Positions 1-9,732 of a stretch of 32,000 nucleotides of DNA are shown here, piece by piece. Origin of the DNA: Zymomonas mobilis subsp. mobilis ATCC 10988 (GTDB lineage: Bacteria; Pseudomonadota; Alphaproteobacteria; Sphingomonadales; Sphingomonadaceae). The stretch covers positions 1,050,001 to 1,082,000 of the forward strand of contig NC_017262.1 of assembly GCF_000175255.2 (NCBI RefSeq), written 5' to 3'. Position 1 is the stretch's first letter, and the number at the start of each line of letters is the position of its first letter. Made by a program: the position numbers and the translations under genes. The notes beneath the pieces were generated by a model. It worked only from the letters and a program-made list of their open reading frames with translations, was not told the origin of the DNA and did no database searches.

Positions 1-1
1 G

Positions 2-3000
2 CATTTTCCCACTGCTGAAACGCTCGATAAAACCGTTAATCCAGGCGAATTATTTACCCCTTTACCTGCGGATAGCTCTCAATTAGCGGCGATTGTGGCC
101 TCGGCTAAAGGCTGTGATTTTGTTCTGGATGGTCCTCCGGGGACAGGGAAATCCCAGACTATCGCCAATATTATTGCCCATAATCTGGCTTTGGGGCGGC
201 GCGTTTTATTCGTAGCAGAGAAAAAAGCCGCACTCGATGTCGTTCAGCGGCGTTTAAATGCCAATGGATTAGGCGATTTCTGTCTGGAACTTCATTCCAG
301 CAAGGCGACCCGTAGCGAAGTTATTAAACAGCTCAATCGAGCTTGGGCAGCGAGTAAGGATATTCCCGAAGCTGACTGGAAAAGTGAAGCTGAAAAGCTG
401 CGGCAGTTGCGCGACAACCTTAATGAAGTCGTTCATTTGTTGCATCAGCGTCAGCCGAATGGGCTAACGCTCTATCAAGCAATCGGGGTTGTGGTTCGGG
501 ATGGTGGCCGTGCGGTGCCTCGTCTGAATTTTTATCATCCGCTGCAACATAGTGAGCAAGACCTTGCTCATTTTCGTGATCTGGCGCAGCGTTTAGGGCT
601 GGCTTGGCAGGAAGTTGAAGATATCCCGCAGGATTTCGATGCAGTAACGGTAAGCGAATGGTCGAATGGTTGGCAGGAATCCATTGTTGCAGCAGCCAAG
701 AAGTTAAAAAATGCTGTTTTAGAAGTGATTGCCGCCAAAGAGGCTATTATTGAGGCTTCTAATTTGCCGATTATGGCCGATAGTCGCGACGGATTGGAGC
801 AATTAAGTCATTTTATCCATTTGTTGGGAAAAGCCTATGGCCGGAATTGTTATCTGGCTTTCTCACCTGAAAAAAATAAAATTATCGAGGCCGCTTATCA
901 GCTTATTTCTATTCTAAAAAGCTATCGCAAAGAGGCTTCCGGTCTGTCTGTCCGCTATGATCGCGATATTCTAAGACGGCTACGCACACATCCACGCCGA
1001 TTATGGCAGGAGTGGGAAAAAGCTGACCAGCGCTTCTGGTTCTTTTCTGTTTTTGAAAAGAAAAAAATTATCAAGCATTTGGCTAAAGCTGGACGCACCA
1101 AAGGCCGGATTGATGCCGCGCATGATTTGCCTCGTCTGGTGATGATGGGGCGATTCTATGAAAAGCTCTATCACTTAAGAAAAACAATGCCTGCCTTGAA
1201 ATATTTTTCTGGCTGGAAAGGTATTAGCAGCAATCTGACGATGATTGCAGATGAATGCAGCTTTGCCGAAGAATTGGAAGCTGCGGTTACAGCGCAGGCA
1301 GCTAACCCCGCCCATTTGATCGAATTACGGCAAGCTGTCAAAAATCTGGTTATGGAGGCGAATGCGCTATTAGACCCTGCTTCGCCTTTAATGATTGCAG
1401 CGCGGCGGCTGAAAAGTGCTTTGCAAATATTGGATAGAGCCAAGGATAGTTTTGTTTCTTTGGCTGATTCCGATATGCCCAATGACCCAAAGGCATGGCT
1501 GGAATTGGCTGAAACCATTATCAGCTATGAAAACCGTTTGCAGGCTTGGGCGAATTGGCAACGGATTCGGTATGAAGCAGTATCAGCGGGACTAAAACCT
1601 TTGGTCGATGCGATCGAAAGTCATGCGATCCCAAGCGATCAGGTGGCTTCTGCCTTTGAAGCCGGTTATGCGCGCTGGTTTGCCAGTAATCTGATTGATG
1701 CTGAACCGCGATTGCGGCGTTTCTCTTCGGCTATGCAGATGGCTGATATTGCGGCTTTCCGAAAAGTTGATGACCGTGTGTCTGAATTATCAGTGCAATA
1801 TATTCGGGCGCAATTAGCTAAAAATATTGCGGTTGATGAAAATAACGGTTTGCCTGCTGGTTATGCCATTTTGAAAAGACAGCTTCAATTAAAGCATCCT
1901 ATGCCTATCCGGCAGTTGATTAGCGAAATGGGTGATGATTTCGGACGCTTGGCACCTTGTATGCTGATGAGTCCATTATCAGTTGCCCAGTTTTTACCGC
2001 CCGATCATGCGTTATTTGATCTGGTTATTTTTGATGAGGCTTCGCAAATCGCGCCTTGGGATGCGATCGGCGCAATGGCGAGAGGAAAGCAGGTTATTGT
2101 TGCCGGTGATCCACGTCAGATGCCGCCGACCAGCTTTTTTAATCGTTCGGTGCAAAATGATGATTTGGTGGCTGATACCGAACGCGACATGGAAAGTATT
2201 CTTGATGAATGTTTAAGCGCGGGTATCCCGATGCATTCTTTGAATTTCCATTACCGCAGCCGTCATGAAAGCCTGATCGCCTTTTCAAACCATAGTTATT
2301 ATGATGGCAGTCTGATTACATTTCCAGCTCCAGTCAGGAAAGAAACGGCGGTACATTGGCGGCGAGTGAACGGGGTTTATAGTCGTGGCCGGAATCGCGT
2401 GAATGCTATTGAAGCCCAAGCCATGGTGGATGAGGCTGTAGCCCGTTTGACTGATCCCGAATTTAACCGGCAAGGCTGGTCTTTGGGCATTATTACCTTG
2501 AATAGCGACCAGCAAAGATTGGTTGAAGATTTGCTGGATAAAGCGCGTCGAGATCATCCTGAAATTGAATCCCATTTCAGCGATTTACTGCCAGAACCTG
2601 TTACGGTTCGTAATCTGGAAACGGTACAGGGTATCGAACGCGATTTGGTGATTATCGGGATTGGTTTTGGCCCGACAGAACCCGGTTCACCGACAATGCT
2701 GATGTCCTTTGGCCCTCTGTCTGCTGAAGGCGGATGGCGGCGGCTGAATGTCGCCTTGACCCGCGCCAGACAGGAAATGATTTTATTTACCTCCTTTGGC
2801 CCTGAAATGATTGATTTAAACCGGACAACTTCACGGGCGGTTATTGATCTGAAACATTTCATCGAATTTGCTGATCGGGGCCCGCAAGCCTTTGCCGAAG
2901 CCGTCCATGGGTCTTTGGGTGGATATGATTCACCTTTTGAAGAGGCGGTGGCTGCGGAATTGATGCATCGGGGCTGGCAAGTCGCTTCCCAAATAGGGGT

Positions 3001-3286
3001 TTCCCGTTTCAGAATTGATTTGGGGGTTGTTCATCCTGATCGCCCCGGTGATTATCTAGCCGGTGTCGAATGTGATGGTGCCACTTATCATAGTGCAGCA
3101 ACGGCGCGGGATCGGGATAAAGTCAGAGAAGCGATATTGTCCGAACTAGGATGGAAGCTGGTTCGGGTTTGGTCAACCGATTGGTGGGTTGATAAAGAAG
3201 GCGCAGCCGAGCATCTTCATAACGCCCTGGTCGCGATTTTAGAAGAAGATCGGCGCAAGAATAAAATGGCTTTGCCTGCAAGCTGA
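2..3286 (+). CDS. Large superfamily 1 helicase/ATPase with C-terminal restriction-endonuclease-like (Vsr / MTES_1575-like) domain; 5' end lies outside the window
   Basis: The frame is open from base 2 (HFPTAETLDKTVNPGELFTPLPADSSQLAAIVASAKG...), so the supplied start at 95 (a GTG) is probably not the true start. Walker A GPPGTGKSQTIANIIA, Walker B-like FDLVIFDEASQI, GDPRQMPPTSFF, LNFHYRSRHESLIAFSN, VETVQGIERDLVIIG, NVALTRARQEM. C-terminus RFRIDLGVVHPDRPGDYLAGVECDGATYHSAATARDRDKVREAILSELGWKLVRVWSTDWW resembles Vsr-like nuclease domains. Confidence 0.9.
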   Translation, partial: HFPTAETLDKTVNPGELFTPLPADSSQLAAIVASAKGCDFVLDGPPGTGKSQTIANIIAHNLALGRRVLFVAEKKAALDVVQRRLNANGLGDFCLELHSSKATRSEVIKQLNRAWAASKDIPEADWKSEAEKLRQLRDNLNEVVHLLHQRQPNGLTLYQAIGVVVRDGGRAVPRLNFYHPLQHSEQDLAHFRDLAQRLGLAWQEVEDIPQDFDAVTVSEWSNGWQESIVAAAKKLKNAVLEVIAAKEAIIEASNLPIMADSRDGLEQLSHFIHLLGKAYGRNCYLAFSPEKNKIIEAAYQLISILKSYRKEASGLSVRYDRDILRRLRTHPRRLWQEWEKADQRFWFFSVFEKKKIIKHLAKAGRTKGRIDAAHDLPRLVMMGRFYEKLYHLRKTMPALKYFSGWKGISSNLTMIADECSFAEELEAAVTAQAANPAHLIELRQAVKNLVMEANALLDPASPLMIAARRLKSALQILDRAKDSFVSLADSDMPNDPKAWLELAETIISYENRLQAWANWQRIRYEAVSAGLKPLVDAIESHAIPSDQVASAFEAGYARWFASNLIDAEPRLRRFSSAMQMADIAAFRKVDDRVSELSVQYIRAQLAKNIAVDENNGLPAGYAILKRQLQLKHPMPIRQLISEMGDDFGRLAPCMLMSPLSVAQFLPPDHALFDLVIFDEASQIAPWDAIGAMARGKQVIVAGDPRQMPPTSFFNRSVQNDDLVADTERDMESILDECLSAGIPMHSLNFHYRSRHESLIAFSNHSYYDGSLITFPAPVRKETAVHWRRVNGVYSRGRNRVNAIEAQAMVDEAVARLTDPEFNRQGWSLGIITLNSDQQRLVEDLLDKARRDHPEIESHFSDLLPEPVTVRNLETVQGIERDLVIIGIGFGPTEPGSPTMLMSFGPLSAEGGWRRLNVALTRARQEMILFTSFGPEMIDLNRTTSRAVIDLKHFIEFADRGPQAFAEAVHGSLGGYDSPFEEAVAAELMHRGWQVASQIGVSRFRIDLGVVHPDRPGDYLAGVECDGATYHSAATARDRDKVREAILSELGWKLVRVWSTDWWVDKEGAAEHLHNALVAILEEDRRKNKMALPAS

Positions 3287-3444
3287 TATCAGCAAAGGGA
3301 GAAAATCCGACAGCCGCCATGATTTATTTTAACTTATGGATGTAAAAGTCGTTCTCTTTCCTATAGCGCGCGTTTTTATCAATATAGATGCGGCCTTTTA
3401 ATGAAGGGGGTAATAGCCTCTGGAAAAGACCGATGGAGTGCAAA

Positions 3445-5019
3445 ATGAAATTGACAGAAAAGACTTTTGACCTTTTTCAGGAAGATGGCAGTCTTCTTGA
3501 AAAAAATATCCGTTTTCAGGAAGATGGTCGGGTCTTGGGTGTCCAACATTTTGATCGCCAATATTGGTCTGTTGTCGGCACGCAGATTGTTTTGACCAAC
3601 GAGCATAAAACGCCCTCAATTATTTTTGCTTGCTGTTTGGAGCATAGCGATCTTTTTGCTTTTTTTGGGCAATCAGCAAAGGATGGCAATAATAAAGCCC
3701 GTTTTATTCTGTTTGAGACAGGGGCTGCTTCTGTTCCTGCTGTCGCGCCTGCACCTGATTTGACGCCCGCTTTAATGATTTTAGAGCGCAAACTTGATCA
3801 TATGCGCGATACGATGAATCTGGTTTCGCAGCGTAGCAGTCGCTCTTCTTCTAAAATAAAAGTGTTATTCCTGATTCATAATATGGCGTTGTGGGATAGC
3901 TTGCGGGATGTCTATGCGCTTATGGCTGCGCGTGATAATTATGAGGTTATTGTCGCGACTTCGCCTCGTTATTTTCCGGCAACGCAGGATTATCAGGCAG
4001 AAGATGAGGTGCATCAGGGTTTAGAACAGCAATCTATTCCCCATATCCGCTTTAAAGATGATTTTGAGTCAGCATTACAGGTTATAAAAGCGATCGCACC
4101 GGATGTCATTTTCCGTCAGATGCCTTGGGAAGTGAATACGCCGGAACCTTTCCAGACGCAGCATCTCAATTTTGCTCGCCTGTGCTATGTCCCTTATTAT
4201 GGCTTGAACATTCTGGAAAAATTGACGGCGGAAGAAAACGAGCAAGATTTTTCTGCTGACCAGTATTTTCATCGTATGTGTTGGCGGATGTATTGCGAGA
4301 ATGAGCCACTGTATCAGCGCATGAAAGAAAAATCCTTGCGCGGCGGTGATAATATCGTGGTGAGCGGTCATCCCAAGCTTGACCGTCTATGGGAATCCCG
4401 CAAAAATCCGGAATGGCCGATCAAATCGGAAGGTGAGAAGAAATTCCGTCTGATATGGGCGCCTCATCACACCATTGGGAATGGTTGGCTTGATTTTGGT
4501 ATTTTTCCACAGACTTTCGGCGATATGTTGCAATGGGCAGAAGATGCGCAAGATATCGAATTTGTTTTGCGGCCACATCCCTTGCTGTTTAATTCCCTGC
4601 TATTTTATAAGCTATTTAATGAGCAGCAGGTCGAGCAATTCAAGAAATTATGGAACCGTTTGCCGAATACCGCTTTGAGTGAAGGTGGGGAGTATGGTCC
4701 TTTATTAGCGGCTTCTGATGCAATGATTACCGAGGGAGTCAGCTTCCTTGCTGAATATCAGATATTCCATGATAAACCGTTGATCTTTTTGGATAGCCAA
4801 CGTCATCGTGGATTTAATGCAGTGGGTGAAAAAATTATGCGTGGCACCTATAATGCAACCACTATTCAGGCGGCACGGGAAATTGTCGATTCTTATCGTC
4901 AAAAAGGGAATGATCCCTTGGCCGATATTCGAAAAGAAAATTTTGATATGATGATGCCTTGGCCAGGGAAAGCGGCTGAACGGATTGTGGATGATATTCA
5001 GGCAAATATTGCCTTATAA
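3445..5019 (+). CDS. CDP-glycerol glycerophosphotransferase-family (TagB/TagF-like) protein
   Basis: Long ORF (supplied as 3388..5019); start at ATG 3445 (MKLTEKTFDLFQEDG) chosen as plausible. Core has VLFLIHNMALWDSLRDVYALM..., APDVIFRQMPWE, VVSGHPKLDRLW, LIWAPHHTI, EFVLRPHPLLF, ASDAMITEGVSFLAEYQIFHDKPLIFLD, matching the layout of TagF-like GT-B enzymes. Confidence 0.65.
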   Translation: MKLTEKTFDLFQEDGSLLEKNIRFQEDGRVLGVQHFDRQYWSVVGTQIVLTNEHKTPSIIFACCLEHSDLFAFFGQSAKDGNNKARFILFETGAASVPAVAPAPDLTPALMILERKLDHMRDTMNLVSQRSSRSSSKIKVLFLIHNMALWDSLRDVYALMAARDNYEVIVATSPRYFPATQDYQAEDEVHQGLEQQSIPHIRFKDDFESALQVIKAIAPDVIFRQMPWEVNTPEPFQTQHLNFARLCYVPYYGLNILEKLTAEENEQDFSADQYFHRMCWRMYCENEPLYQRMKEKSLRGGDNIVVSGHPKLDRLWESRKNPEWPIKSEGEKKFRLIWAPHHTIGNGWLDFGIFPQTFGDMLQWAEDAQDIEFVLRPHPLLFNSLLFYKLFNEQQVEQFKKLWNRLPNTALSEGGEYGPLLAASDAMITEGVSFLAEYQIFHDKPLIFLDSQRHRGFNAVGEKIMRGTYNATTIQAAREIVDSYRQKGNDPLADIRKENFDMMMPWPGKAAERIVDDIQANIAL

Positions 5020-5063
5020 AACCTCAATCCCTGTAATTTTGATTTAATAGGCCGGAGAAGATT

Positions 5064-6407
5064 ATGGCTGTTGCCGTTATTTTGGGAGGCGGGAAAGGCA
5101 CCCGTTTTGGTGATCCGCTACCCAAGCAATTCAAGGTATTAGGTGGAAAGCCGATCATCCAATATACCTTGGAGGCCTTTTATTCTCATCCGGCGATTGA
5201 TGAAATTATTGTGACCTATCCGGTTGAATACCGGAAAGAGATTGCAAAGATAACCGCGCCTTTTTCTAAAAAACCGATCCATTTGGTGGCGGGGGGTGCT
5301 TCCCGCATGGAAACAACCATGGCGGCTTTGGCTGCGGCGGGTGATCGTCATGTTAAGATTTTATTTCATGATGCGGTTCGCCCTTTTGTTTCCCATGATA
5401 TCATCAGCGATAGTTTGGTTGCTCTTGATCGGCATCAGGCCGTTGATGTTGTTATTCCAACGGCCGATACTATCGTTTCTTTGAATGAGGCGCAGGATCA
5501 TTTACTGTCTATCCCCAAACGTAGTCTGCTACGCCGTGGACAAACGCCGCAAGGTTTCTGGGGCGATTCTCTGGCGGCTGCTTATCGGGCGATAGATCCT
5601 GAAATTCTTGACCGTTTTTCCGATGATTGCGGTGTATTTCTTTATCAAAATCCTGATGCTGATATCGGTGTGGTCACCGGTGATGATAAAAATATCAAAA
5701 TTACGACACCGATAGATTTCTTTTTGGCTGAACAAATCCTCTATTCAGGGCAGGCGGCTAGCCGATCAGTGGTTTCCGAGGAAAAAAGCCAGAAGTCCGT
5801 GGTTCTTTTTGGCGCTTCATCAGGATTGGGCGCGGCGGCCGCTAAAGCTATGGAAGCCAAAGGCTGGCAAGTCTTTGCCGCTTCGCGTAGCACGGGGGTC
5901 GATATTTGTGATCCTGAACAGGTGAATGGTTTTTTTAAGGAAGTAGCCTCTAAAACATCTGAAATTGACGCGGTTGCAGTTTTCTCCGGTGTTTTGAAAA
6001 CCGGCAAGATTACAGAAATGAGCCGTGAAGAAATCCGTCAAATGATAGATGTCAATTTGATCGGTTCATTAAATGTGGCCTTGGCTTCTTTCCCCTATTT
6101 GAAGAAGTCATCTGGTCATTTATTGATGGTTAGCTCCAGTAGTTATTTTCGCGGGCGTGCTAATTCAGCGGTTTATTCATCTTCCAAAGCGGCGGTAGTT
6201 AATTTAACGCAAGCGCTTTCTGAAGAATGGGCAGAGGATAATATTGCGGTTTCTTGCATTGCCCCAAGACGTGCCAATACACCGATGCGAAGAAAAGCTT
6301 TCCCGCATGAAGATCCAGCGATTTGCCTTGATCCCGATATTGTTAGCCAGCAAGTCGTTGCGATGTTGGAACATTCCCAGACAGGTTTAATCAAACATAT
6401 TTATTGA
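5064..6407 (+). CDS. Bifunctional nucleotidyltransferase (IspD/TarI-like cytidylyltransferase) fused to a short-chain dehydrogenase/reductase; resembles Bcs1-type ribitol-5-phosphate cytidylyltransferase/ribulose-5-phosphate reductase
   Basis: N-terminus VAVILGGGKGTRFGDPLPKQFKVLGGKPIIQYTLEAF; internal FHDAVRPFV; C-terminal SDR with VVLFGASSGLGAAAAKAM, N-x-G motif region VNLIGSLNVA, catalytic YSSSK. Confidence 0.75.
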   Translation: MAVAVILGGGKGTRFGDPLPKQFKVLGGKPIIQYTLEAFYSHPAIDEIIVTYPVEYRKEIAKITAPFSKKPIHLVAGGASRMETTMAALAAAGDRHVKILFHDAVRPFVSHDIISDSLVALDRHQAVDVVIPTADTIVSLNEAQDHLLSIPKRSLLRRGQTPQGFWGDSLAAAYRAIDPEILDRFSDDCGVFLYQNPDADIGVVTGDDKNIKITTPIDFFLAEQILYSGQAASRSVVSEEKSQKSVVLFGASSGLGAAAAKAMEAKGWQVFAASRSTGVDICDPEQVNGFFKEVASKTSEIDAVAVFSGVLKTGKITEMSREEIRQMIDVNLIGSLNVALASFPYLKKSSGHLLMVSSSSYFRGRANSAVYSSSKAAVVNLTQALSEEWAEDNIAVSCIAPRRANTPMRRKAFPHEDPAICLDPDIVSQQVVAMLEHSQTGLIKHIY

Positions 6408-6408
6408 A

Positions 6409-6452
6409 TTTTACATCTCGGCTGCCAGAAAATATCTGGCAGCCCTGTAAAA
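6409..6452. terminator. Strong stem-loop, probable rho-independent terminator after the cytidylyltransferase-SDR gene
   Basis: TTTTACA-tctc-GGCTGCCAGA-aaata-TCTGGCAGCC-c-TGTAAAA, followed by ATTTT. Perfect 10 bp inner stem plus 7 bp outer stem, directly after the stop at 6407. Confidence 0.75.
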
Positions 6453-6556
6453 ATTTTAAAGACTATTGCAAAATATCGCAGCTTATTTGGGTGCATAGGG
6501 ATGGGGGTTAAACGGATAGCCGTTTCCAATCCTCTATTCCCAAAAAACGATATGGC

Positions 6557-8398
6557 TTAGCTCCGACCGAATAATTTTTCGATATCCTTATGACCCAACT
6601 TAACCCATGTCGGGCGGCCGTGATTGCATTGGCCACTATGGGGCGTGATTTCCATTTCCCGCAGTAAAGCGTTCATTTCCGCGATCGAAAGTAAACGACC
6701 CGCCCTGACTGATCCGTGACAGGCCATGGTTGCAACAATATGGTCAAATTTTTCTTTTAACAGGAGGCTCTGATCATAGGCGGTGATTTCAGCCGCGAGG
6801 TCTTTTATCATCGCTTTGACTTCGCAATTGCCAAGCATTGCAGGGGTTGCCCGCACCAAGATGGCTTCATGGCCGAAGCGTTCGGTTTCAAGTCCCATCG
6901 CTGCAAATTCATCTTGTCTTTGTTCGAACAGGTCGCAAGAGACTTCATCCATTTCGACAACATCCGGCATCAGTAGCCTTTGACTGGCTACTTGGCCATT
7001 TTCCAAGGCACGTCGCATCCGTTCCATAACCAGTCTTTCATGCGCGGCATGCTGATCGACAATGACCAATCCGTCTTTGGATTCCGCTATAATATAAGTG
7101 GCAGCGATTTGGCCTCTTGCCAGTCCTAGAGGAAAATCACTCTGTTCCGAACTATCTGTAGAGGTATTCCGTCCCATGGGGGGGATGGGCGATTTTGTGG
7201 CGGCACTCCACAAGTCGTCAGCTGTTCTTTGATGTGCTTGTGCCGAAGGGGCTTTGGGGGCTTCTGTTGGGCGGCTTTTAAAAAGAAGACCGGAATCGGA
7301 AAGGGCGGATTTTTCTTCGTGAATCGCAGCTGGATTTGTCGAGATAGGTAAATCGCTGCTTTTTCGCCATTTTCCCATGGCTTGAACATCAGCGGGTTGC
7401 GCGCTTCTGAAACCGGATAGGTCAAGACTTTCCCGAAGAGCGCCGACAATAAGACTACGCACCGCTTGAGAATCCCTGAAACGCACTTCGCCCTTCGCAG
7501 GATGAACATTGATATCGACATCGCTATTAGGCAGTGTCAGAAATAGTGCCAAAACCGGATGGCGGTCTTTTGCCAGTAGGTCATGATAGGCTGCCCGAAC
7601 TGAACCGATAAGCAAGCGGTCTTTAACAGGGCGGCCATTGACAAACAAATATTGATGATCGGCCAGACCACGGTGAAAAGTCGGTAGGCTAGCTACCCCT
7701 TCAAGCTGCATCTGGTCGCGCTGATATTCAACCGTGACGCTATTGTCTTTCAATGTCCGGTCAATCAGAGCGGCGACCCTTCTTTGTCGACTTTCACCGC
7801 CATTTAAAGAAAAAATACGTCTGCCATCATGTTCCAGCGAAAAAGCAATATCGGGGCGTGTCATTGCCAGCCGTCTGACGACATCATGGCAGGCCATATA
7901 TTCGCTTTTGGCGCTGCGCATGAATTTCCGACGGGCTGGAATACGGGCGAAAAGGGAATCAACCTTTATTCTTGTCCCTTTGGGCAGGGGAGCGATGCCT
8001 TCCTTCTCGAAATGTCCATTATCGACGATAATTTTCCAGCCACTATCGCTGTCGGCTGTTCGGCTTTCCAATGTCAGGCGGGCAACGCTGGCGATTGAAG
8101 GGAGCGCTTCGCCACGAAAACCCAAGGTAGTGACGGCTTCGATGGCATCATTATCAGGGAGTTTCGAAGTCGCATGGCGTTCCAAGGCCAGCCGCATTTC
8201 GTCCGCAGGAATACCGATGCCGTTATCAATGACTTCAATCCCGTCTAAGCCGCCTTTTAGCAAGCGAATAAGGATGCGGGTTGATTGGGCATCAATGGCA
8301 TTTTCAACCAGTTCTTTTAAAGCACTGGCCGGTCTTTCGACAACTTCGCCCGCAGCGATACGATTTATGACGTCTTCTGGCAGACGGCGTATTGACAT
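6557..8398 (-). CDS. mutL: DNA mismatch repair protein MutL
   Basis: Protein from MSIRRLPEDVINRIAAGEVVERPASALKELVENAIDA (start 8398 preferred over 8449), GFRGEALPSIASV; C-terminal DQHAAHERLVME and GQCNHGRPTWVKL. Confidence 0.97.
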   Translation of the reverse strand: MSIRRLPEDVINRIAAGEVVERPASALKELVENAIDAQSTRILIRLLKGGLDGIEVIDNGIGIPADEMRLALERHATSKLPDNDAIEAVTTLGFRGEALPSIASVARLTLESRTADSDSGWKIIVDNGHFEKEGIAPLPKGTRIKVDSLFARIPARRKFMRSAKSEYMACHDVVRRLAMTRPDIAFSLEHDGRRIFSLNGGESRQRRVAALIDRTLKDNSVTVEYQRDQMQLEGVASLPTFHRGLADHQYLFVNGRPVKDRLLIGSVRAAYHDLLAKDRHPVLALFLTLPNSDVDINVHPAKGEVRFRDSQAVRSLIVGALRESLDLSGFRSAQPADVQAMGKWRKSSDLPISTNPAAIHEEKSALSDSGLLFKSRPTEAPKAPSAQAHQRTADDLWSAATKSPIPPMGRNTSTDSSEQSDFPLGLARGQIAATYIIAESKDGLVIVDQHAAHERLVMERMRRALENGQVASQRLLMPDVVEMDEVSCDLFEQRQDEFAAMGLETERFGHEAILVRATPAMLGNCEVKAMIKDLAAEITAYDQSLLLKEKFDHIVATMACHGSVRAGRLLSIAEMNALLREMEITPHSGQCNHGRPTWVKLGHKDIEKLFGRS

Positions 8399-8655
8399 AT
8401 TTCTAACCCTGCCCCAAGCGGTTCTCTGGCTTTCCGGTTCAATATTCATATAAAACCGGAAAATGGCTTTTTTTTAACCTTTTAAAGTCATAGTATAGGA
8501 TGTTCAGGATCGATATAGGGTCGATAAATTAATAGTCCTGATCTATCCCTTTAATATCGGTATATGCGTAATATACCGGTTTCTTTTTGGTCGGGAAAGT
8601 TTATAGCTTTTCTGGCTTCTTTCCTAAAGCCCCTTGTTAGCGGACGGATGCTTGA

Positions 8656-9702
<1,047 letters not shown>

Positions 9703-9732
9703 TTTTTGAGCAGGTAAAGGATCTTTTGAAGC

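Noticed and set aside
1171-2862. Several antisense ORFs of 96-115 aa within the helicase gene
   Set aside because: They overlap a strong, motif-rich CDS on the other strand and show low-complexity, non-family-like sequence. The same holds for antisense ORFs within mutL, ligA, edd and zwf.
8399-8449. 17-residue N-terminal extension of MutL
   Set aside because: MutL proteins normally begin close to I-R-x-L-P/ANRIAAGEVVERP; the internal ATG at 8398 fits better.
7734-8453. 239 aa plus-strand ORF opposite mutL
   Set aside because: It is the complement of the conserved MutL N-terminal domain, with arginine/serine-rich composition typical of shadow ORFs.
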